A DNA stretch of 63,900 nt, the filler included, from Craspedostauros australis (lineage: Eukaryota), in NCBI GenBank assembly GCA_030167865.1. It is 19 parts of 19 records of this genome, joined end to end, with 100 filler letters (N's around TTAATTAATTAA, not from the genome) between each part and the next. Parts side by side here need not be neighbours in the genome. Positions count along the whole stretch, not along the records: positions 1 to 20,111 come from JALAGF010001483.1; positions 20,212 to 23,012 come from JALAGF010001487.1; 17 more parts are not named here. One strand, given 5' to 3'. Below are positions 12,110 to 23,112 of the stretch, piece after piece (the stretch's first letter is position 1; each line of letters begins with the position of its first letter). The notes beneath the pieces were generated by a model that saw only the letters and a program-made list of their open reading frames with translations, did no database searches and was not told where the DNA came from. The position numbers and the translations under genes are program-made.

Positions 12110-13187
12110 GATTCTATCTCCGGAGAGGGAACCACACATGCTCTCTGGTTCCATCTTGTCACACTGTGACATGGCAGCGACATGTTCGTTGCGATTCTGC
12201 GTGGTTCTGTGATTTGTCAGTCGTCAGGAGTAGAAGGAGCCGGTCTGAATGGTGTGTCAAGTCTAAAATGCCCAGAGTGAGGGCTCTTAGCGTTACAACT
12301 GGAGGTGGGTTGGCAGACCTGCCCCATGCACCTATTCGATATTGCATGAACTGTCACAAATATCTTTGATCACTTCCGGATCGTGTAGAGTTCTGCGTGG
12401 AGTGCTAGGTCTCCCCAGCACAAGAGTGTATCGCCACGAGTGAGGTCAGAGCTCGTCCCCCACATTCTGTACGAATTCCAAAAATGCTCATCTCAGGTTG
12501 TCTCTGGGTGGGTGAGTGTAAAGAAAAATCAACTGTCATCCACCACAAGAGCTTGATGGGTCAACCACAGTGAAATTCTGAGCTCATTCTTCTGGTTTCC
12601 TTTCTTCCGTTTGCTTCCGTCGCACCTTTCCATCCATTCTCTATTGTTGAGTAGCTTTGCCAGCCTGTGCATGTGCTCATTCTGCATGCCTATCTTTGCT
12701 TCCACAAGGTCCAACTTTTGCAGGGATAACCCAACACCCGGAGCATCACACAGTCGGTCTATTCTTTTGCTATCGCGGCTGTATGGACTGCTTGGACCTA
12801 ATGGCTAAGTTCCCGTCGTCGGCCAGGCGCCCGAAACCGGTCTCCAAAATACCACTCGGGATTTCCGGCAAACACAAAGCACAAAGATTCTGATGCACAA
12901 AGAGCCAAAGAGAGAAAGGGAGGACCATCCGAACAAAACCTCAAAACAACAAAGCACACCACTCAACACCATACTCGAGCACACCAACAACAGACATCAA
13001 ATTGCCACTCATACTCATATTCATGACACAGTGCATGGTACTCATACAAATAAAAGCCATCGAAGACACCACCATCGATATTTCTGCCATACTACTAGGC
13101 AGCTCAAACTGCACACTTCCTCAACAGCGAATCCAACACCAATCATCCAACGTCGATCACCCATCAACCATCGACCATCCTCTCAAA

Positions 13188-14246
13188 ATGCCAAATGTTA
13201 CGAACAAACAACTCATTCATGCTGCCAAGGCAGGTGACTTGTCGGTGTTGAAGGAATGGAAGAAGCAGAACGAGACGCAGAATAGAGGAGTTGATGTCAA
13301 CAAGGTTACAGACAACAATGGTTTCACTCCCCTTCATGAGGCATGTTACCATGGCCACCTGGAGTGTGTGAAATACCTCATCAAATCATGCGGGGCCTAC
13401 GCCGGCTGCGAAGACAAATGTGATTCCACTCCCCTTCATGGCGCATGCATAGAGGGTCACCTGGAGTGTGTGAAGTACCTCATCGAATCATGTGAGGCGG
13501 ACATCACCTGGGAAGACAGCGATGGTTGCACTCCCCTTCATGACGCATGCTGCAACGGCCACCTGAAGTGTGTGAAATACCTCATCAAATCATGTGAGGC
13601 GAACATCAACTGTGAAGACAACAATGGTGACACTCCCCTTCATGACGCATGCTACAATGGCCAGCTGGAGTGTGTGAAGTGCCTCGTCGAATCATGTGAG
13701 GCGGACATCAACTGCAAAAACAACGAAGGTTGGACTCCCCTTCATTCGGCATGCCACGATGGCCGCCTGGCATGTGCAAAGTACCTCATCGAATCATGTG
13801 GGGCCAACATCAACTGCAAAGATATCAATGGTCGCACTCCCCTTCATTGGGCATGCATGAACGGCCGCCTGGAGTGTGTGAAGTACCTCATCGAATCATG
13901 TGAGGCGAACATCGACTGCAAAGACGACGCTGGTTGCACTCCCCTCTATTGGGTATGGTACGGGGGCAACATGGAGTGTGTGAAGTACCTCATCGAATCA
14001 TGTGGAGCGAATATCAATGGCAAAAATAATGATGGTGACACTCTCCTTCATTGTGCATGCCAATGCCGCAAGATGGAGCTTATCGAGTACCTCATCGAAT
14101 CAGCCAATGCCGACATCGACATCCAAAACAACAACAACGAAACACCCCTCGAAATGATGGGTGCAGCGCATTACAACAAATTCAAGATATTGATCATGAA
14201 GCGTCCCAGGCACCGCAGCCTACAACTGCAACAACGCTTACAATAA
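13188..14246 (+). CDS. Ankyrin-repeat protein (8 x 34-aa repeats), copy A of ANK-BTB family, ending at a premature TAA
   Basis: TPLHxACxxGxLECVKYLIESC repeats at 102-bp period. Start MPNVTN corresponds to the starts of the paralogs at 40397 and 50933. Confidence 0.9.
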   Translation: MPNVTNKQLIHAAKAGDLSVLKEWKKQNETQNRGVDVNKVTDNNGFTPLHEACYHGHLECVKYLIKSCGAYAGCEDKCDSTPLHGACIEGHLECVKYLIESCEADITWEDSDGCTPLHDACCNGHLKCVKYLIKSCEANINCEDNNGDTPLHDACYNGQLECVKCLVESCEADINCKNNEGWTPLHSACHDGRLACAKYLIESCGANINCKDINGRTPLHWACMNGRLECVKYLIESCEANIDCKDDAGCTPLYWVWYGGNMECVKYLIESCGANINGKNNDGDTLLHCACQCRKMELIEYLIESANADIDIQNNNNETPLEMMGAAHYNKFKILIMKRPRHRSLQLQQRLQ

Positions 14247-15068
14247 AACGAGGAAGAGAATGAACAACTGCAACAACAGTTGAGACAGCAGTTGAAGCGA
14301 AAGAAGAGAATGAACACAAACACAATAGCCACAAGAGAACCACCATCAGCATCGGAAAAGACCGGCTTAGATCCTTTCATACCGAGAACAGGGCAGACAT
14401 CATCTTCTTGTGTGGACAGGGCAACGAACAGCAACGAATCAAAGCAAACGCTGAAGTCCTCATGGTCACTGTCCCATCCATTGAGACACTGATCGACAAA
14501 GCAATCCAACATCAGCACGCGAATGATGACACCCAAGACGGCGCGGCCCCATGCAAGTAACCATCCCCCTTCCCATTCTTCGACCAAAACATTCCAATAC
14601 ATCCTCCAATGCATCTACACAGGCAAAATACCCTTCAATGACAGCGCTCGTGACAACGCCGCCGCTCACATCGGCACTCACGCCAACACTCACCACGATA
14701 CAGATGCCTCTCACCAGCCAACTCCCATCTTCAATGGACACGACGATCTGCGACAGCTGATCCTTGTGGCCAACGAGTTCTGCTTCTAGCGACTCAAGCT
14801 TGTTCTTGAAGCGGAGTTGGTCCGTAAGCACATCACAAGGGACAACATGATAGTGATAGATGCATTGATATTCGCCGATCAACACAACTGCTTGGTGTTG
14901 AAGGATGCAGCAATGCGAATGGCAGCTGGAAGTGAGAAAGATATATTAACTCATCCAGATTTCAGCAAGCTGGTTCCACACCACCAACTGATGTTAGGTA
15001 TTCATGTCCTGTGCAGTGGGGGAGCTGAGAGTGATGTCATTGATAATGAGCACAGCCACATGTCCATG
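14247..15068 (+). pseudogene. Disrupted coiled-coil linker plus BTB/POZ-BACK domain of copy A
   Basis: Reconstructed DIIFLCG...FQYILQCIYTG...LILVANEFCF*RLKLVLEAEL...ALIFADQHNCLVLKDAAM, with about three frameshifts and TAG at 14787 where copy B has TGG. Confidence 0.85.
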
Positions 15069-15306
15069 TTGCCTCATCATCGTTGGAGCCAATTCAACAC
15101 ACGGGGTACGAACTATTTTCTGGCGCGCTGCAGCTGTCCGGGTACAACAGAATGTACTCGTAGTCAGCTTGATCGTCTAGTTGCAAAATTTCTTTACCCA
15201 TGGTGCCCTGATCTACTCCGTGTTTCTCACACTCCTCACGTATTACGTGAATCTTCAAAATCGTTGAGAACGTCATGACGCCGCCATGGGTTGAGCGGGC
15301 GCCTTT

Positions 15307-17955
15307 CTAGTCACACCCAGTGCAGCAGGTGCATTCCGCTCCACACATGAATGACATGGATACAGCCGGATTGCCAAGGCCGCAAAGTGTTTGCTCGACG
15401 GCTCCTTGGTCAAATTCATTACCTCCAAGCGAGATTCTATCCAACGGTGCTGGCCACTTGGTGTACGAGGCAGGGATGGTACCCTTGAGTTTGTTGTCGG
15501 ATACAACGAAGGTGGCTGTAGAAGTGACGTTGTTTGCATGTGGGCGGTGATTGATAATGAGATCTCAACAGAGGCAAAAAGCAGCAATGTGAGTGAGAAT
15601 CATAAACTGCACATGGTATGCACATGCAAGTACTCTGCACCATCCGATTGTCGTCCAGAACACCACCCAACGCGTCCGCAGACAGCAGGGCGGCAGCTCA
15701 ACCACCGTGCACCAGCACCACTTACAAATCGCAGGAAGGTCTCCCAATTCTGCCGGAAGCTGCCCAGTCATTGCGTTGTCGTGCAGATCCAAAGTTGTCA
15801 GAGCGTTTAGCTTGTCCATCTCGGACGGAATGGTACCCGCAAGACCAGCTTTCTTGAATAGGAATGCCGTGAGACTGGCGCAGTTGCCGATCTCGGTTGG
15901 AATGGGACTGGCGAAATTCGTATAGCCAATCCTTAGCTGTTCCAGATTCGTCAGCAGACCGATCGTTGTTGGTAGACCAGGTGGAATGGCGGAGATCTCA
16001 CTTGCCGTTGCGTTCAATTTCGGGTCTCCCGTGATACTGCCGCCGCTAAACGGATTCCTGGCCATGTTCACAGTCGTCATTGTTGTGAGGATCCCAATCT
16101 CTGGCGGAATGGTGCCCGTCAAGTTGTTGCTTGGCATCTTGAGAGCATCAACGAATCCATCGCTGTCGCAGAAGACGGTGCTCCAACTGCAGAAGTCTGG
16201 TTCAAGCAACCATTTGCTTTTGTCTGCCCATGTGGTATCCCCGTTGGTGCTGTAAAATATCGATGCCAACGCGTATCGCTGTTTCACATGCGATGCTGTG
16301 ATGTTCAGATTGCTGTCTGATGAGTCTATCGCACCATCGAAAAAGGCGACGTCTGACAGCAACCACTCCAATGCCCTGTACTGCGGTGATGATGCATCGT
16401 CCAAGATTCCCGGGTTAATGACTGCTGTCTCGGCTTTTAGCCACTCTGAGACTTGCGAACGGAGCACTTCAGGATCTTTCGTTGCATCCGTCGGACTGCT
16501 GGCCTCGGCTTTGTCTTTGTCTTGGTTGTCGCTACTACCCGAGGATAATTCAATAGACACGCCAACGGCAATGGCGATGAGCACCAGACAGATACCACCG
16601 ATGAGCATGTGCAGGCGTCTCTTCTTCACCATCTGTTGCTCGCTTGTTTTCTCGCCGATCTCGCTAGCTTGCTTCATCGTGGTGTTGCCAAGCACAGCGG
16701 CGTCGCCATCCGTAGTTCTGTCTTCGCGAATGGCCGTCACTTCCGTGGCATGGACGGCGCCGCCGATGATGGTCTGACGGATCTGCTCTTCGAGATCGTC
16801 GGTCGCGACGGCATTCGCGATGGACAACTGCACATCACCGACGCTGGATGTCTGGAGTCTCTCCGCTTCGATCTCGAACGGTCCGGATACCTCGGTTGGG
16901 TCTCTGTCTCCGCGAAGCGCGCCAATGAAGCATGGACTGCTGTTTGCGCTGCCCCGTGATTCAGCCAAACCAATGACACTGCCGTTCGGTGGAGCGCGAA
17001 AGAGATTCTCTTCGTCGTGACTTTGCCGTCTCTTGGCATCGCTTATAGTATCCTCCTCTGGTTCTTCATTCTTTTCATTTGGCCCGTTGCCGTCGTGCTG
17101 CTTCGTGGGCGTGTCATCGTTGTGAGAATACATGGCGATCTTGGCGTTGATTCCATCCACGTTGCCTTCCAGCATCTGCGAAATGCCGCTGGTGGATGGA
17201 TCGGCGCAGCCCCCTGAACGGTTTCTGTCCATCAACTGGTTTGGCAGGATCTTTTTGGCGCGTTGTGCTGAGCGGGGTGAGGATCCGTGGGTGGCAATTG
17301 CGCCAGCAAGAGCCGCGCTCTTGTTTTTGGGAACACCATCACTGCTTTTCTTGATCACGGTGGAGGCTGTCGAAGCACGGCTCTCTTGTTCCATCTTCGC
17401 CCGATAGGGCCGATCGTGCGATCTGGCTTGGCGGTTGTCGGTGGACACAGATGTCGATGGTGCGGACGAAAAGGAGCGGCTCGATCCACTTGCATTGTCA
17501 GCACTTTCATCTGCGGTGGGAATGCCAGACGACGAACCTACCGAACTGCGCCGGGTGCCCACACCGGTGGTGACAGAGGACCGCCCGTTCTGGTCACTTG
17601 TGAGATCAAGGATTTGCTGGGATTTGTGCCGGACCGACGGATCAGTTTGCTGACGTTCCAATTCGGAGGTCTCCGTCGCATTTGCGCCATTGTCATCGTT
17701 GTGATGGTCGCCGCTTTGGTCGGTGGAGGCTGAGATGGTCGTGCTCACGGTTTCTCCTATTGCGACTGTTGTTGTTGTTGCCGTTGAGGGTGCCGATTTT
17801 CCTTCTGCTTCTGCTTCATTTCCTGGTGGCTCCGCATTAGCTGGAGATGTATCCACGCCACGGTCGCTTCCGTCCATGATGATCAAGGAATCGCTGTCCA
17901 AGCGCATGGGAGCGCTTGGGTGATTGCCTTTAGCTGAACCTCTCAAGGTCGTCAT
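15307..17955 (-). CDS. LRR type-II membrane protein, paralog 2 (exon 1 17955-15726, intron 15725-15516, exon 2 15515-15307)
   Basis: Same architecture as paralog 1. GTAAGT donor at 15725, TACAG acceptor at 15516, 209-bp last exon STFVVSDNKLKGTIPASYTKWP...CTCCTGCD*. Confidence 0.9.
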
Positions 17956-18925
17956 CACTTCTGTTGTTGAGGGTGATAATGGTGATAAGGGGTTGACGGC
18001 GTTGGTGCTGACAATCTGGAGTATCAAGGCGGATGTTCCTGATTACGGACAACTGTTTTCCCAGCGAGTTTTGTCTGTGTGATGTTTCGCGACAAACAGC
18101 CCACGCGCTCCGATTTGGTAGTGGAACTTCGCGCGGTCACCTGTTGTGGCTTTTTTGCCAGGACTTTGAACACGAGACGCCGTGACGGTGCAGAACGCCG
18201 GTTGAAGCCATTCCTGTGGGCGATTCGTGTTCCTCCCTTCAAGCGCGTCGCGACATCCCCAACCGTTGGCGGCGAACACACCACCGAAGTTTCATCGGCG
18301 AACTTCAACATCTCCGCGTTTTTCTCCCCATCGGAGCGTGGTCCGAACCTTCAGGAACCTTGACTGGAACACCAGGGCAGCTGCCTGGCACCACAGACAC
18401 AGTCGCCCAACTACCAGATCTTGCAAACAGGAAACAGAAAACAACCACCTCATGCAGTATTCTGGCGCTTGTGTGATTGTGGTGGATGCATAGCAGTAGT
18501 AGCTCGTGGGCACAGGTTGGTCCCATTCGAGGATAGGAACAACACATGAACTTCCTCGCAGAGAGGAGTCGTATTGAAGGGAGCGGTCGTATGGTAGACA
18601 GATGTGCATAGCTCGTGGAGCACTCTAGATCGTACCGAGCCATTAGCATGTTCAGAAAGCGAGGCGCGATGCGGATGCTCGTACTGCTACCAATGCAGCC
18701 GCAGCATGCGTTCTGCGACATAGCGTCACCATGTTTGCGGATTTCAAAATTGGCAGTGCCTTTGCTACATTTAGGTTGGATAATACTTGTTATGAATCAT
18801 GGTCGCGCGTGTTGCGAATGCACCCATTGCCGTGGCCAACGGTGACAACAGCGAGGACGATGGTCAGAGCATCAACCTTGTGCTCCCATTCTCACCCCTC
18901 ACCGCGCCATACATATCGGTGGTCT

Positions 18926-19800
18926 CTAGTCGCAGTTAGTGCAACAAGTGCATTCCAACCCGCAGGCATACTGCAGCTGCTCGGCTGTATTATTGCGGGT
19001 GCAAAATGTTTCCTCCACAGTGCCTGCATCAAAAGCATTCCCGTCGAGCCGGATCGCAGTCATTCCGTCTGGCCAATTGGTGTAGGAGATGGGAATCGTA
19101 CCGTTGAATTGATTGCCACTGACATCAAAGAGAGCTGTGGAAGCAATGGTGTTTGCACGTGGGCGTGATTGGTGACGAGGTTGGAGCAGACACCAAAAGG
19201 AAGCAACGTTGGTGAGCATCATCATCTCTATTGTATAATACCATGCGTACGAGTATCCAAACTATTCCATCGTCGCCAAGGCATAGCATTCCATTCAAAT
19301 ACAGAGAGCAGAGCAGAGCAGAGCAAAGCGGAAGTTCCACCTATCCGTCCATCCGTCCATCCACCCATGCATGCGCGGTCACTCACATATTGCGGGAAGG
19401 TCTCCCAACTCTGCTGGCAGCTGGCCAGTCAAGAAGTTATCGCGTACATCCAAAGATGTCAAGCTAGCAAGCTTGCTCATCTCTGATGGAAGGGTTCCCA
19501 CGAGACCTGCATTCCTGAACAGGAATCCCGTGAGGCTTACGCAGTTACCGATTTCGGTTGGAATGGTGCCGCCAAAAGGACCGCGGGCAATTCTGAGTTG
19601 TTTCAGTTGCGTCAACAGACCGATCGTCGTCGGCAGACCGGCCTGAGCCGCACTTTTCGGTGCGTTCGGGTCCTGGTCTCCTGTGGTACTGTCGCCGTCA
19701 AAAGGATTTTTGGCCATGTTCACCGTCATTATCGTTGTGAGGAGCCCGATTTCGGGTGGGATGGTGCCCACCAAGTTGTTGTTGCGTAGATCCAGCAAGA
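18926..19800 (-). pseudogene. LRR paralog 3, 3' part only (exon 19800-19387, intron 19386-19135, exon 19134-18926), interrupted by unrelated sequence
   Basis: NNNLVGTIPPEIG..GTIPTEIGNC..GQLPAELGDLPAI, GTGAGT donor, 209-bp last exon ending CTCCTNCD*. LRR homology stops at about 19800. Confidence 0.85.
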
Positions 19801-20111
19801 CACGGGAATTTCGCCGAAAGTTCGCAGAGACCACGCGCGCAAGACTCCAATCAGTCCGGTCCCATTCACAACCACGCCCAAACCCCAATGACCTGGACGG
19901 GGGCACCAAGCCCGTGTGTCAAGACGTTAAGTAGACGTTATAGGCGTTAAGAGTAGTATTGTTACTTTCATCGAAGTCCTGTTACTTTCATCGAAGTGGT
20001 ATTACTTTCATCGAAGTGGTATTACTTTCATCGAAGTGACATTACTTTCATCGAAGTGACATTACTTTCATCGAAGTCCTGTTACTTTCATCGAAGTGGT
20101 ATTACTTTCAT
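19801..20111. mobile_element. Probable end of an inserted element, with a 20-bp tandem repeat (19961-20111, about 7.5 x [g/a]TTACTTTCATCGAAGTnnn)
   Basis: Sharp break in LRR coding sequence at CACGGG, followed by a tandem array running into the contig end. Confidence 0.5.
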
Positions 20112-20211
20112 NNNNNNNNNNNNNNNNNNNNNNNNNNNNNNNNNNNNNNNNNNNNTTAATTAATTAANNNNNNNNNNNNNNNNNNNNNNNNNNNNNNNNN
20201 NNNNNNNNNNN
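20112..20211. other. Artificial contig linker N44-TTAATTAATTAA-N44 (first of 18; cores at 20156, 23057, 24615, 27132, 28789, 31589, 32752, 33947, 36465, 41187, 43468, 44624, 50363, 55027, 57188, 58376, 59547, 61118)
   Basis: Identical 100-nt spacer with stop codons in all six frames. Confidence 0.98.
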
Positions 20212-20950
20212 CACTATATTGAGACAACCCAAACAAAGATGAGCGTTGGAAGAGCAGTTGAAGCACATGGAGCAGTTGTGCACGGTGGCTGCTTTGTTTC
20301 GCGACGTTGAGTGTGTCGCGAAATTGTGTCGTCTGCCCGTGAGTACGTTTCATTCACGAATGTTTGGCCCAAAATCAAGTTCGAGAGGGTCTCGGATCCG
20401 TGAACCAACCAGAAATGTACCGAATCAGTCTCATTGACAAAAACACACAAGAAGAAGAACAACGCAAAAAACGCACTCACAAAGGCCCTATTAGAGATAG
20501 CTTGGCCATTTTCATCACCTCATAACTTTATAACCAAAAGCTGGACTCACTGTTTAGCACCTGGTCCTTATTACCAATTTGTTAAAGTATATATGGTTAG
20601 ATTTTAGTCTCCATAGGAGCCCACTTTTTCAGAATCCTGCCGTGGTCGTACGGTCATTGGCTGACGTGGGTCTTTTGGTAGTCCTCAAATTAAAAAATCG
20701 GCACGAACGTACTATCGTATCCTGAATGGGGTTGTACAGTAGAGAGGTGTGTACTCGCATGGATGGCATTGCCCTCCGACCTACCTCTTTCGTTACCTTT
20801 ACTGGACCCATCGCCTTCCGAGGGTGCGACCTAGCATGCGATCATAGGAGCGGATGAGTCTGCTTTGGCTTCTGTTTCTCTGTTCGCATTGAATACTCAT
20901 TCCTCTACGTCTTGTTGGTAGCTCGCACTCCACCCATCGCCTTCCGAGCG

Positions 20951-21046
20951 TGCGATCATAGCATGCGATCATAGCATGCGATCATAGCATGCGATCATAG
21001 CATGCGATCATAGCATGCGATCATAGCATGCGATCATAGCATGCGA
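20951..21046. repeat. 13-bp tandem repeat (TGCGATCATAGCA)x7
   Basis: Direct reading. It is expanded inside the second copy of a local duplication (20808-20870 vs 20932-21080). Confidence 0.95.
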
Positions 21047-21482
21047 ACAAAGAAGCGGACGAGTATTACCGCTTTGGCTGTTCGGTCCGTGTGTGTGAAA
21101 GTAAAGAACATCTGTGGAAGTAGAAGGATAAGTGTCAGAGTGCGTGGTACGAGTACAGCGTGTGCGATGGGGGACGATACAGCACCAATGCGTACGAAAC
21201 GGTACGAAAGGGTACCACTACCAATGGTTGACACCTCAGCTGCCCACTATCATCGCCACGGATGCAAATGACAAACGTGGTGCGAATGCCACCACGACCT
21301 CACTGATGCGTGCGATCAAGGGATTATTGCTGCGGAGAAGCGAAGTTGCTCTCTCTGCCTCGCCCAACATTGATCTTGTTGGCATGCCTGAAATCGTTTG
21401 GAGCATCTTATTTCCTCACCCTCACAATCCATCAACAACATCATCTTAGGGTTAGGGTTTAAATAAAGCATAAGCTGAATTA

Positions 21483-21850
21483 TGCTAGTGCTATGGTTTG
21501 GCTAAACACAACTCGCTGTTACGAGTCACATCCCAATGACATCAACCATAACCTGATTAATGCTAGTGTTAGTGTTTGGCAAAACACAACTCGCTGTTAT
21601 GAGTCATATCACAATGAAATAAACCATAACCTAATTAATGCTAGTGCTATGGTTTGGCAACACACAACTCACTGTTATGAGTCATACCACAATGAAATAA
21701 ACCATAACCTGATTAATGGTAGTGTGAGTATTTGGCTAAACACAACTCGCTGTTTTGAGTCATCTCACAATTAAATAAACTATAACCTGATTAATGATAG
21801 TGTTAGTGTTTGGCTGAACACAACTGACTGTTATGAGTCGTACCCCAACA
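21483..21850. repeat. 78-bp AT-rich minisatellite (about 4.7 copies) preceded by TTAGGGTTAGGGTT
   Basis: Unit starts at 21483, 21561, 21639, 21717, 21795. Confidence 0.9.
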
Positions 21851-22017
21851 TGGGGAATAATCACCTTGCGGTGTGATTTGTGTATCCAGATGTCAGTTTC
21901 ACCATTCGTAATGATCAGAAGGCTGTTCAATGCGCCTGTAGCGGTCAGTGTGTATTGCTTGTTTGTAGTCGCTGTGTGTAGTGGTTGTTGTGGGCATCTG
22001 TGCATGTGCTGGATGTA

Positions 22018-22021
<4 letters not shown>

Positions 22022-22070
<49 letters not shown>
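22022..22070. repeat. (GT)n microsatellite at a scaffold gap
   Basis: Direct reading. Confidence 0.95.
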
Positions 22071-22280
22071 NNNNNNNNNNNNNNNNNNNNNNNNNNNNNN
22101 NNNNNNNNNNNNNNNNNNNNNNNNNNNNNNNNNNNNNNNNNNNNNNNNNNNNNNNNNNNNNNNNNNNNNNNNNNNNNNNNNNNNNNNNNNNNNNNNNNNN
22201 NNNNNNNNNNNNNNNNNNNNNNNNNNNNNNNNNNNNNNNNNNNNNNNNNNNNNNNNNNNNNNNNNNNNNNNNNNNNNNNN

Positions 22281-22900
22281 TTCCCCCTCCTCCCCCACAA
22301 GTCAGCCATTTCATGGGACTTGTGCCATCCTCCTGTAGTTGGAATGGTGTTGACAGATAGTTCATTGTGTGTTGACTGTTGCATCACGGTCTCACATGTT
22401 GTTGCATGTTGTGGCTGGTTGTACCGTGTGGCAGTGTGTGTGTGTGTGAGCACGTGGATGTGTGAGTATCACAGTTGATAATGTTGACTTCCCCCTCCTC
22501 CCCCACAAGTCAGCCATTTCATGGGACTTGTGCCATCCTCCTGTAGTTGGAATGTGTTAACAATAGTTCATTTGATGTTGACAGATAGTTCATTGTGTGT
22601 TGACTGTTGCATCACGGTCNCACNTGTTGTTGTGTGTTGTGGCTGGTTGTACGGTGTGGCAGTGTGTGTGTGTGTGTGAGCACGTGGATGTGTGAGTATC
22701 ACAGTTGATGGTGTTGACTTCCCCCTCTTCCCCCACAAGTCAGCCATTTCATGGGACTTGTGCCATCCTCCAGTAGTTGGAATGGTGTTGTTCCCCCTCC
22801 TCCCCCACAAGTCAGCCATTTCATGGGACTTGTGCCATCCTCCTGTAGTTGGAATGATATTAACAATAGTTCATTTGGTGTTGACAGATAGTTCATTTGC
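22281..22900. repeat. Complex tandem repeat with a ~65-bp hairpin-containing core (copies at 22281, 22489, 22719, 22791)
   Basis: TTCCCCCTCCTCCCCCACAAGTCAGCCATTTCATGGGACTTGTGCCATCCTCCTGTAGTTGGAAT repeated four times. Confidence 0.9.
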
Positions 22901-23112
22901 CATTGACAATGTTCATCCGCCATTGACGATGTTCATCTTCCATTGACGATGTTCATCTCACATTAACATGGTTGCACGTGTTATCACATGTTGCTTGTGT
23001 TGTACTCATGCANNNNNNNNNNNNNNNNNNNNNNNNNNNNNNNNNNNNNNNNNNNNTTAATTAATTAANNNNNNNNNNNNNNNNNNNNNNNNNNNNNNNN
23101 NNNNNNNNNNNN

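Noticed and set aside
19961..20111. 20-bp repeats as a CRISPR array
   Set aside because: No unique spacers (only 4-nt variants), no cas genes, eukaryotic context.
22281..22900. Hairpin repeats with spacers as CRISPR-like
   Set aside because: The linkers are homologous to one another and vary widely in length.
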